Assembly (NCBI RefSeq): GCF_018350175.1
Contig: NC_058368.1
Span: 237,090,001-237,154,000 of the forward strand
DNA: 64,000 nt
From: Felis catus
Lineage: Eukaryota
Reading direction: 5' to 3'
In this document: one piece after another, positions 36,102 to 47,840 of the stretch
How the letters are laid out: the number at the start of each line of letters is the position of its first letter
How positions within the stretch are numbered: position 1 is the first letter of the stretch
Position numbers and translations under genes: made by a program
The notes under the pieces: model-generated
What the model was told of the DNA's origin: nothing
Database searches by the model: none
The model's input: only the letters and a program-made list of their open reading frames with translations

Positions 36102-38799
36102 CACATATACCACATCTTCTTTATCCATTCATCTGTCAATGGACATTTGGGCTCTTTCCATACTTTGGCTGTTGTTAAAAGTGCTGCTATAAACCTCGGG
36201 GTGCAGGTGTCCCTTCGAACCAGCGTTTTTGTATCCTTTGGATAAGTCTTTACTAGTCCCTCCTGCCTTTTGAGCATGCCCATTTGGCTTACAGCGTTCT
36301 TTCTGGGTTCACATACTCATGGAGATCTTACGGAATATTCTAATCAGATTTCTAACTCTGCACAGACCATTCTCTATCCATTGTAATAAAACCTGACTTA
36401 CGTATCCTTCAGAATCAAAGTTCCTTTTTAGGAGAGACGATGGATCCTGGGCCTAGGGCTGTCGATGACATCTCAGATGCTGGCATTGGGAGGCAGGGTT
36501 TGGGGACCCTGTCCCCTTAAAACAGGCATCCCTGAGTCAGCCTGAGGATGTTCGGCTAGAAGCAAGAGGGACCCAGGCCGTGTCCCACGAGATGCCCAGC
36601 CCAGAGCAGGCAGAGGCAGGAATGGCCGTGGCTGGGGACCGGGGCTTTCCACGGAACGTGCCCCTCCCAGGGCTGGCGAGGACACCTGGATGCTTCTCTG
36701 GAGCCCTGGTTATAAGTTCTGCCTGGTCAGCATCCGGCGCTGCAGGTGTAGAAAAAGTGAACTTGCACCTGAAAGCCCTTAGGAGCCTTCTCCAAAGTGG
36801 AGACCTTCCAGAGAAAGCGGAATGGGACCAGATCCCAGGGTAGACACCTCCCACGGGAAGGAGGAGGGCTGGGTCTGGGAAGAGCAGATTCCAGAGCAAA
36901 ATGAGCTGTTTTGTCAACAAGACAAGAGAGAGTTAGTCGGAGGAGAGACATTCTGAGCCCACCCCGCCCCGCACATGGGGGTTGAGACTGAAGGTTAGGA
37001 CAGGGCTCCCCACTCTGCTAAGACCTGTGTGCTTCCCCGGCCCCCCCCCACCCCCACCCTCCATCTGAGAATGTGGGGCAAAAGCGGCACAGGCTCCCGG
37101 AGGGCTCAGGCCCTGATGGGTGTCAAATGCCACATGATGAATGGGGAGCCCTGGGGTCAGACCTCCCCTGCCAGCCAGCCCTTCCGGCCATGAAGGTAGG
37201 GGTGCTGCCTCCACAGAGGGCTTCTGGCCCCCACTTCATTGCCAGAGGTGTTACCAGTGTCTCACGCTCAACAACATCGGCCCAAACAGGGAGGCCGACA
37301 GCTGCCGAAGGTGTCCAGGTATGAGCTCCCCAGCGCCTCTTTCTGGGGCGGCCTGCTTCTGTCCTTGTCCCCACCAGCCGGCCACAGGGTCTGCCATGAG
37401 CAAACCAGGCCAACAGTCGTGCTGCAGAGGAAGCTGCTTCACCCCAAGAACGAGGCCGTGTGGCTCCGGTGTGGAGGGAGAGGACGTGAGGCCGTAGGAA
37501 ATGGCTGGACGTTCGAGGCCAGGCCCGGGGAAAGGCACAGGACGACGAGCTGTGATGCGCACCGGACGTCAGGCACCGCATCAGTTTCAGTGGGAGAGGC
37601 CTCTTCCAGCAGTTTCTGGGGCTGGAGAAGGCCCAGCTGTGAGACCAGAGGAAACACAGGTAACTGGGCCACCGAGGCACGGAAGTACTTGCCTTCTGGT
37701 CCCTCACCGTGCTCCCTGCACTCACATTCCACGAGGCCCAGCCAGGCTCCCTCCATTCACCAGGGGAAATGCCCCGGGAGCCCCCTGCACGGGCCCAAGG
37801 CCACGTGTCCCCTGGAGCCCTTGCCCGCAACGGCCATGAGCAATTGGACGGAGCCGTGTCCCTGAGAGCCCCCACTCCTGCGCCCCCAGGTTGACCGCGG
37901 TGTAGCTGGGGGACATATGGCCTTAGGCTGGGCTTTTGTTCTTCTGCAAGTCTACCCCGCACAGGGTCACATGAGGCCGGAGGCAAGCGACACTCCCGGC
38001 CCCAGACCCCGTTCCTTCCTTTGGACGGTTGACGCTCCTATCTGTTCCTCCCTCTGTCCTTCTCTCCCTCGTGAGGAGGCCAGTCTGGACCAAATGGTGA
38101 CAAAGAACTGTTTTGTTATTCGCCAGTGACAGAGAGTCAAGAAAGCCCAAACGTGCCACCCGCCCTCTCCGGATCGTGTACATTTTTTCAAGTGAATTCC
38201 CTTGAAATGACAGCGCGTGTGTCCTCCCGCGTAAGACCGGACGTGTTTCTGCTCCCATCAGGTCAAGAGGAGTGTGGATCCTTTTCTCGCTCGCCCAAAA
38301 AGCCGCTGCAGCACGGATGGAGGGCTGGGCTCCGTGGCTTCCGTGCAGGACCCCAGAAGCCCACCAGCCTCGCGGCGATCACAGCCCGCCGTCTCGGCGC
38401 CCCAACATCCCGGGCACACGGCTCAGCTGTGACTTCACTCAGCCGTCCCTCCAGACGGGTGCTAGCAAGTGACTCGGCATTTTCCTCTAGGCACACGTGA
38501 AACGAAGTGAACAAACAGGCCCGTCTCCTTCGGCAGGTGGGGGAGGTCCAAAGAAATAGGGGTCCAAAGTGGGGAGACTTCCGTTTTGTGAGCAGCGAAG
38601 GGACTCAGACGTGGGCACGCTTTCGCCCCATTTACCACCAGGAGAGGGGTCACGTCACCCGCTCCCAGGGACAGGGACCGCGGACCCACAGCTCCCCCTG
38701 CCCCCCGCTTGGCTGATGCAGGTCTGTGCTCACCTGGGCTAGCCGGGGGGGGGCCGGCTCGTTTTCCAGAAGTGTCTCCTTCCCCTTGACATAAATAAA

Positions 38800-40200
38800 C
38801 ATCACATGTAAATTGAAATCTTATTGTAACTGGGAGACAATAGGATTTTAAAAGGTCTGAAAACAGGATCAACATCTTGTTATCGTGTTATGCTCTGATT
38901 TAAACAATTTTGAGATCCTGTGAGGATTCCTCATGAAATATCTATTTCATTTGTGGTGCAAGCCCCAACTGAGGTTAAAAAAAAAAAAAAAAGGAAAGAA
39001 AGAAAGCAAAAACTCCAACAACATGACATGACTCAAACAGTACTTTCTTATTAACCAACAAGAACAATTAGGAAATGTTTCAAGTAACTTTAATCTCTGT
39101 GCTTGAATACACATTGTTCATTTTCTTATGTCAACAAGCACAGGCTGACCCGTGAGCAGATTTCCATATGCTAATTCCCCTACTTTCCTTTCTGAAAGGC
39201 TCTAGTTTCCTGGCTGTTCATTCCAGCCGACACGGAATGGTTTTTGCTTTTCATTCCCTGCAAAATAATGTATTGTTGCAAAGTGATTTATAATCAACGG
39301 GATCTGGGAAGGAACTACAGTGTTGATTGTTGTTGACAACCAAAAATGCATCCTTAATGAAATAATAACACCGGCAGCTTCTCGGACGCAAGCCGATCGT
39401 GTAGTTTATTTTCTGTTCGGTAGCGTGATCCTCGCTTTCTGTTCAGAGCTGCTCCGAGACGGTGATCGTTGCTGAGCGCAATGTGTAAATACGGCGTGCC
39501 GCGGAGAGTCCAATGCGTCCACGGCGAAGGAGGAGTGATCACTCTTGCTGGGAATTGCGGCTGGCAGTGCATTTCATTAACATGATTTTTCAGCTTTACT
39601 TACCTCGGCAAACCTTGATTAGCCTCAATCAGAGGTCCCTCAAACCACACAATCTATAACCAATGGAGATGATTCCAGGATCATAAAGAAAGTACTATGA
39701 ACAGCCAGACACAAATGCCGAGCATCCTATCTGCAGCCAGCCCCAAATTACAGCGAGCATAAAAATGGAAGAAGGACACAAAAGTGAACGTAAAACTCTA
39801 CATCATATCAATTTGTGTGATGGAATCGGGGGAAATCAGTCATTTATCCCCACAAAATCCATAGCTTCGCAATGCAACCTCAGTCGTATAAAGCTCCAGA
39901 AAGATTTTCTGATTGGATTTGGTAGTAAACCACTCCACATTTTAAGCTCACTAATTATACAAAACATAACGTTTTATTTCATCTAGTCACTCCAATTTCT
40001 GTTACTTAATTCGCTGAAATATGTGTGCTTCTAGTCGGATTATGCTTCTTCTGAGGGACCGGCCTCCGTTGTCATTGGGTCCCGTATTAATTGCGGTATG
40101 AACTTTATTGAATTTACTGAGTGCTTTGCTGGACAGTCTCCAAACACTAACAGGCAAATGAAATTAAATAAAAAGGGTCAGCTATATTTAAGAGCGTCGT
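38800..40200. promoter_or_regulatory. Candidate cluster of conserved non-coding elements
   Basis: Repeat-free lower-GC island with ATGCTAAT, TGATTTAT (PBX-HOX-like), CATTAA and CTAATTA motifs. Confidence 0.45.
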
Positions 40201-40677
40201 GTAAGTGCTTTAGGGACTGGGTATAATTAAAGAGGCTGTAAACCAAAGCGGCGAGTGTAAATGTCACTCTCACCTGAGCGTCCCCGCAGGACGGAGGCGT
40301 CCAGCCGAATCCACCACGGAGCGGGGTGTCGCGGCCAAAATGCCTGCAAGGGTGTTTAATGGAAACCGGGCCTCCGAACAGGGTGGTGCAGGTGCCTGGA
40401 GAAGCCCGAGCTGCGTGGAAAGGCCGTGCGGGGAGCCGGACTCTTCCCACACGAGGTAAACCTCGCAGCGGGATTCAGGACTGCCCCGGACGCCTTTCCC
40501 CGACGCGCCTTGTTCAGCTCACTGTCCGTTGCCCTGAAGACTGGAGACACGCGCTCTCAGACACATGTCCTGTCTCAAAACACCACCACCAACACAACCG
40601 CTGGAGAGCGGAGATTTTCACCTCGCTCCTCCAGGTCCCGACCGCTAGCAAATGCCTGGAACGTAGCACGTGCTTTG

Positions 40678-41117
40678 TCTTTTTAAATGTTTATTTCCTT
40701 AGTGAGAGAGGGAGAGAGAAAGAGAGAGCGAGGGAGGAGGGGAGGGGCAGAGAGAGAGGGAGAGCAGGCTCCACCCCCAGGGCAGATCCCGACGTGAGAC
40801 TCGAACTCCCAACTGTGAGATCATGACCTGAGCCGAAATCAAGAGTCGGATGCTTTGGGGCGCCTGGGGGGCTCAGTAGGTTGAGCGTCTGACTTTGGCT
40901 CAGGTCCTGATCTCGCGGTCTGTGAGTCCGAGCCCCGCGTCGGGCTCTGAGGTGACAGCTCAGAGCCTGGAACCTGCTTCCCATTCCGTGTCTCCCTCTC
41001 TCTCTGCCTCTCTCTCACTCGTGCTCTGTCTCTCTCTTTCTCAAAATAAACAAACATTAAAAAAAAGTTTTTTTGAAGAGTTGGATGTTTAACCAGCTGA
41101 GCCACCCAGGAGTCCCC
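40678..41117 (-). mobile_element. CAN-SINE (outer), split by a second SINE
   Basis: Reverse SINE at 40678-40856 resumes at 41076-41117 (…aaccagctgagccacccaggagtcccc). Confidence 0.92.
40857..41075 (+). mobile_element. CAN-SINE (inner), nested in the opposite orientation
   Basis: Full SINE; TSD aagagtcggatgctt (40841-40855) / aagagttggatgttt (41076-41090). Confidence 0.95.
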
Positions 41118-43094
41118 ACAGTAAATTCTGAATGGGTCAATTCTGAATTAGTGAATGGGTAAATAGCATAGAAATACCTAAAATGCTATAAGAAAAAGCA
41201 TTTTTACAAGGTGGAAAATATTGTGGCAATCTAAAAATGACCCCAGTATTTGTTATCAATCTCCTCTTTTGGTCTGCGTCTCTGCTCTCTGCAGAGTGGG
41301 TGCACCTGTTAATGATTTTTGTGGGACTGGTCACCGGACTGTGGCCACATACGCCTGTGATCCTGCTCTGAGAGACAACCATGATGTCCTGACCCCGGCT
41401 AAGCTGACGCACACCCAGTCCGTGCCGTCCCTCTAGACACGCCTTGATTACTGAGCCCCCGGCCACAGGAAGGGCACAGGCACCTCACCCCTGCACAGGC
41501 CTGCCTGCTGCTGGAGCAGCCACGGTCACTGGGCCACGGGAAGGGCACTGCCCCTCTGGCCTCAGAGTTCTTAGGGTCGAGTGAGCACTGAGCAGCCCCT
41601 CGGAGAGGCTCTGAGGCCCCTGGAGGAGGTGGAGAAAGGAACATAGTGGGTGAGCATCTCTGTCTGAAGGATGTGGCTGGGCTGACGGGACACAGCGCAG
41701 AACGCAGGCCAGGAACACGGTTGCAAACACCTGGACGAAGCCGGTGTAGACACTAAGAAGCAGGGTGTATCAGATCACCCCGCAACACCAGGGGAGAGGG
41801 GCAAGCTTCCTTCTCACGTGGGACTAGAATCCTCTCTTTGTTCCAAAACTATTTATATAATATGCGTAAACATCATAGATTGTATGCTCTCTTGTAGTTG
41901 TCTGTAAGTATTACATGCATTATTATAAATGTTGGAGCAGAATATTTTCTGAAAATTCTTAATTCTACTTGGGCCCGAAGTTTCATTCATTCGCTTTGAA
42001 AGTAGGGGGGGCAGGTGAACACAGAGGGGTCAGCACAAGGGAAAGAGAAAGGACCCTCCCAACTCACTCGCGGGGCTGCTGTGGGTCAGCGTGGGTGAGC
42101 GAGGACCGAGTGTCATCTCATGTCGATACGATGCTTTCTTTGGAAGAATCACATCCACCAAATGCATTTCCACATGCTTGTGAAACTCACCACGGATTTT
42201 GTAGAGATTTCAAGTAAAGTTGGAAAATGCAAGGAGGTGGGAGTTGAAGGTTCATCTGCTAACTTAGTCCGGGAAGCAGCCTCACTGTGGGTGGAGATCA
42301 CAGGACCCTGGGGGTGTTTCGTATCGGTCTTATTTGGCCCCTCCGGTCTGCCGGGCTCTCAGCTGAGCATGAGCATCGGGCAGTCACAGGTGACCCAGCA
42401 AACAGAAGCCTTGGCTCCCTCCCTTCCTGCTGGGGAGTCGGCGAGGGTGGGGCTGGTCCCAGGTGAGGGTGGCCCTGAAAAAGAGGCCCGGGGTACAGGC
42501 AGCACAGGAGGGACAGCTGCCTGCTTCCTGATGCCACACGGAGTCCCCAGAGCTGAGCAGGTTTCTAGAAGCTAGCAGTTCTCCACCCACGGGGGGCAGT
42601 TTTTAAAATATCGTTGCCAAGGTCCAACCTCGTCTAGTTGACTAGAATCCCTACAGGTGAGGCCCCACTAGGTGTGGTTTGCAAAGGCCTCGGGGCAGTC
42701 CTGCCACACAGGAGGGGGGAGAAGGAGCCCCACGTGGCCTGCAGGGAGGGCAGCCCACACCGAAGGCAGCCCTGAGTTAAGGAGGGGCTGGAAGGGGCCC
42801 CAACCTGCACGAGGATCTACCTGGCTCAGCACGGGCCCAGGGTGGCCCCTTCTCAGTGCAGACGCCCCGAGTGATGAAGCTGAGTCTGAGAGAACCCAGC
42901 CAGGATCCAGGGTCCCGGGCACCTGTGTGCATCCGTGCTGGGTCCCGCAGTGACACAGACGAGGCATGCACATGTGAGCGGGAAGAGATTTTGCACGGGA
43001 CCTGAGAGGTGCACTCTCTCACTGGTTCAGATAACGGGGGGGACAAATAGGATAAGTGGTCACCAACATGTGCCAGCACAAGAAGGATGCCTAG

Positions 43095-43275
43095 AATGAA
43101 TAATATGTTAGCAATACGTCTCATCTACATAGACGTAAATATTTAATAGGTTTCATCAATATATAATATACATCGTGTATATTATTATACATAATATACA
43201 AATGGTATGTTTACATTAATATGCAATTACACACCCAATTTATATGTATATGTATGTATAGAATTGATGAAAAAT
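43095..43275. repeat. AT/TA-rich low-complexity tract
   Basis: atataatatacatcgtgtatattattatacataatatac…atatgtatatgtatgtata. Confidence 0.6.
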
Positions 43276-45289
43276 TGTACAAACAGCTTCCTCCCGGAAG
43301 ACAGTGGGTTATTGCATGAAATATTGTTGCCCACCAGTGTCATCACCTCGGTGAAGAGCAAGGCCAGATTGTGCGCGGGGAAAGTCGCATGTGTCCCCAA
43401 CAAATGGTTGCAAGCAAACCCCCACTGTCCTAATGACAAAGGAGGCAGGGGGAAAGGGGCAGTAGTCCTCAATGCGAATGGATGCCAGACTGAACTTTGT
43501 AGGCTCTAGTTCCAGACTTGGAGAGTCCTCCCCTGAGAAACTCCAGAACCTTCTCGTTCTCTAGGGAGATGAGCAGACCCAGTCTTTCGTGCTTCTGGAG
43601 GTCCAACCTCACATCTACACATAATTCCAAACCGTATAGCCCCAAAGAAAGGACCCGACCCTGATGCCAGCTTGGCCCAGTGACTTCGTGTCGAGCCACA
43701 GCTTCCAGGATCGAAGTGTGGCCAGCGCGTTCTGCACGAAGCCCGGCCTTCCACACCAAGGCCACGGAAAAGTCACCCACACACGTGCTGGCCACAGGAA
43801 GCTCGAAGCCCCCGCTCCTTTCCAGGCGTGTCGGTCACAAGACGTCCTTGGACGTAATTTGCACATTTTGACAAAGTTCCCGCAGATGTCAGAACTGATG
43901 CGCCACGACTGTTTGAAAGCCAACTGGAGAATTTCACGAAAATGCGTCTTCTAGTATTGATTCATCCCGTCTTTCCCGGGTCGTGTTCTCATGCCGTTTC
44001 CTGGGAAGCACAAACAATTTAAATATTAGTGAGTGTAGTCCGTCGACCCCATAGTCAGTCTGGGTCAGAGCACACGCCCATCACTCCCCGACCCCCGCCC
44101 TGCACTTTGACATGGATGCGGTCAGTGGCCCCCGCGGCCGAACGCACCTCACAGCCCAGGTTCACCTGAGGCGACACGCACCTTGAGACACGCCCAGCAT
44201 GCGCTCTTTAGTGAGCAGAACCCTGCTCTTCCGCTCTTCGGCTATAATCCTGTTTGCCATCAATAGACGTGCACATAGTCATAGAATGTTCTGGAAAAAT
44301 AGATAAGCTGTGCAGTTACGGCTTAGGGCAAAGCTCTTTTATTTTCGCCTTACACCCTTCGTACTTAAACTTTCACCAAGAGTATTTATTTCCCCCACCC
44401 CCCCCCAAATAAAAACTAGCTCCTGAACAAACTGTATTCCAGGTCTGCTACCCCACAACAAACAAGCCAGGCTTACTGGCTGTGGGGGCTCACCTCCCCC
44501 AGGATGCCTGGTTTGTACCTGAGACCCTCATCCTCAAGGCCCGGTCCCTGAATGTCCACCATTCCTCTTCTCGACCCTTTGGTGAACCAGGAGGCGGACA
44601 CGTGACTGAAAGTCCCTTGACAAATGAACTACAACCTAACGTCACGTGCGACTCCAAACAGCGTAAGCCAGAGAGGGGACCTGGCCCAGCCTCGCTCTCC
44701 AGTGCTGTCACGCCCAATAGATTTCAGCCATCTTATTAAAACACGGGGCCGTCGTCATGATTTACTCCAGGCGGACCCGATGGGGCTCGTCGCTTGCGGG
44801 ACAGGAGGTCGCGTTCAACGGGGGAAGATTTGGGGGGCCGGCTGTGGCGCAGGCAGGGGTGCCCTGGAGAGTCAGGGGCGCCGCCCTGCCTCCCGGGGAG
44901 CCGGAATGCCGGAGACACCTCGTTAGTCACCGCTGCCGAGGGGACCCGCGCTTCCTCGCGTATCTTTACGCACTGCTGTGGATGCTCTCTCTGACGTGGT
45001 GTAAATAATAAATACGTGTGACCGTGGGTAGTGGAACGCAATTTTTTACTTTCATCCCGCCGGGATGGGAACTGCTTTTGAATTATGTTATCATTTATTA
45101 CAAGGCCCACTGGCGTGCAATCTCCCTTTTTTTCTCCCGGCTCCAAACGAGTGCGTCCTCAGCACAGATAGCGCAGAACCTTTTAATCACGCACTTTAAG
45201 AACTTTGTGCCGCATGCGTGCACGCAAGTGGACACACAGTTCTGGAGGATGCCCGCTAATCACGGGTTCGAGAAGGAGAACCAGTGAAT

Positions 45290-46480
45290 GTCGCCAAATC
45301 AAACGCAGCGTGCAATTGACCTATTTTGAGGAGGGCGGAATTGCTGAACGGCGGCGGACTCCATCAACGGGTTAATAATTTTACGTGCTATTCTTTTTTG
45401 AAAGGGCTTATTTAAATGTTTATCAGTCGTGCAGACTGGAGCCGCACCGGTGACTCGCTGGGGATGGCTCATCATTGCCTATGCATGGGAGCGTTGTAGG
45501 AAGATTAAAATAACATTGGGTATATTCTGTAAATGAAGGAGAGAACTAACAGAAGCCTCTGGAGTCCATTATAAATTTTAATAATACATCAAGGTAATGT
45601 AACCGAATAACTGATCTCTAAGGGAAGAAACACAACATTTGGCTAATATTACAATTTAAATTATGAAAACAAAAAGAGCTTTTAGTTAATCTTGTGTTTC
45701 TGCTTTTATTCTTCGGGCTCTTTTTTATTTTCCCCGAATCCAAAACACCATGTAAACAAATAAAAGTACGGGAGAAAATAAACAGTTTGGCATCTCAGTA
45801 GATTAATTAATGCGCTTCAGCCTTGGCACCAGTAGGCGAAAATTATGTGCATAAATAATATCACTAATTAAAAAGATGCAGATTAACATGCAAATAATGT
45901 TAATGAGGACCTGCCACTCCAGAGTGGATTCGCATAACATCAACAATTTAATGGGTTGGAAGGCTTGTGTTTGCATTACATTAATAAATTTCAAAGACCT
46001 TGCATAAAAAAGTTCTGTCGGAGCCTCTGTTTCCCACTTGTGAGTTAGAAATTCTGTGGGCAGTAGGAAGCGCTTGTCAGCAGATGCCAAAGTCATTATC
46101 TGAAAGACTGTTGAGAGGGTGCCACGGGCCAGCGTGACCAGCTGTTGGGAGCTGGGCAGTAGGCATTATTCCGTGCCAATTATTCATATTATTTGGGTAG
46201 TCTTGATATTTATTTAAACTGATTAATATGTTGTGCTCTGCATCTTGATCTGGAGGGAAATCATTTTAAGCGAGCAAAGTTTAAAACACACACACACACA
46301 CACAAAACCAACAACCCTTATCAGCCTTTGATGTGTCGTGGAAGTCGAACGCATAATGAAATTGATGAAGCAGACATAATTCCGGGCCACAGACAAAAAC
46401 AGCATAAAGTGCCTGAAATGATGTCATATCACGTTGAAATAAAGCATTGCGGCGTTAAATTCCCAGTGTGTCGTAATACG
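45290..46480. promoter_or_regulatory. Candidate cluster of conserved non-coding elements or enhancer
   Basis: AT-rich island with no recognisable transposon; perfect octamer ATGCAAAT (45888-45895), TGTAAACA (45751-45758), GATTAATTAAT, CTAATTA, TTTCAAAG. Confidence 0.5.
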
Positions 46481-47664
46481 TCGGGCTCGGTTTGAAGATG
46501 AAAAGGCTTGCGACGGGCAAAGGGCTGCTTGTTGACTCCTGGCTGCCTGCGAGATGATGCTTGTGGATGGAGTGTTACGGTGAAAAGCGAAGACTAGGGG
46601 GCGAGGGGGCACAGGGAACTCCTTCCTAAGCACCACGTAGCCTGTGTGGGTGTCAATGGTGCGTCCTTGTCCCGCCCCGGTCCTGGGCCGGGTCTCCTGG
46701 GCCAATGCTGAAGCATCATGTCGTGCGGGAACCGTGCTTCTGTGTGGCAGCAGCCACACAGGTCAACCAAACGCCCGTCTCCTGCCAATGAGCTGTCCAC
46801 GCTCACGCCCTCCAGCGGGTGGGAAGGTGTCCTTTCCCTGGAAGCTAGCCGTGAGCATTCCAGGATGTTATCTACATGGGGCCAGAGTCGGTGTGGTCAG
46901 ATCAGGAGGCGGCCAGCAACCTCGAGCCCAGGCAAAGCCCCAGGTGGCAGGGCTAGGGACGCTGTGAGCACAGTTCCCACTCTGCAAAAGGCAAAAAGCC
47001 GCAAATGGCTTCTGCACGCGGCTCAATGTGACCTTCACCTCCAATCCCCTGCCTTCACACCTCCGGTTCCTGAAGCCAGATCCCGGCGTCCACCTCCTCG
47101 GAGCCTGCTGATCTAGGACAACCCCCGGACGGGTCTGCCTGCTGAGGGCTCTCGGGGAGAAACGGGGCGGTGTCGGGGCTGCTGTCTCTGCCGCTGCCCG
47201 CCCAGCCCAGCCCTGCGCAGTCTGGAAGGTGTGGACGGTTGGGAGACCCCGGGGGGAGCAGATTCTACGTTCTCAGTCCTGCCACCTTCAGAGAGAAACA
47301 AAACAAAAACTAAGGCTTTTACAGCTTCGAATACAGAGCCACGTGGCCGCTCCCCAGAGAGTGTGGTTCCCAGCTCACGTTCTGCCAGCAGGTGGGTGAT
47401 AGAAGGGTTCCACAGCCCGAATCTTGATGGTTTCCTCTAGAAGGAAGTGATATTCACGTCTCCGCAGAGCCATGTGCTGCTTGTATTAGGAGTTTTCCAT
47501 GACAGGACCTCGCTAGAAGGCGAGGGTTACAGAGGCAGCAAATGGATCCCATTTACCTGTGTATCTTCCAGGCTCTTAGCCTGTGCTCCAGGAAGCTGAT
47601 GAGTGTCGAAGGCGGGGGGCCGGGACATCGTACCCAGAGTGGCAGTCAATAACCGCGGGCCAGG

Positions 47665-47840
47665 GCCGTCGCGTGTTTGTTGAACGTGTGCTGTGTGCCA
47701 GGAACTTCCCGCAACCTCTTCCGACGGTGTCTCCTTGATTCTCCCTGCAGCCCGGGAGCTAAAACCCACATTCCTGCCAGGACTCACACAAAGACTTTCT
47801 GACCCTGAAAATCCTGCCCTTTCCTCCAAGCCACAAACCT
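47665..47840 (-). mobile_element. MIR relic
   Basis: gtgtttgttgaacgtgtgctgtgtgccaggaac…tctccttgattctccctgcagccc…ctttctgaccctgaaaatcctgccctttcc. Confidence 0.5.

Larger units (their letters stand above)
35410..36245 (-). mobile_element. Carnivore LINE-1 3' end (ORF2 C-terminus plus 3' UTR), 5'-truncated, with an internal SINE and (TG)n
   Basis: Minus-strand ORF YPKDTKTLVRRDTCTPRFIAALLTTAKVWKEPKCPLTDEWIKKMWY; carnivore L1 3' UTR-like acacccagtgctcatccc…cctccttaatgcccatcaccc; poly-T at the left end. Confidence 0.93.

Noticed and set aside
37123..37986. 287-aa and 208-aa overlapping ORFs
   Set aside because: Open in several frames on both strands, typical of high-GC non-coding DNA
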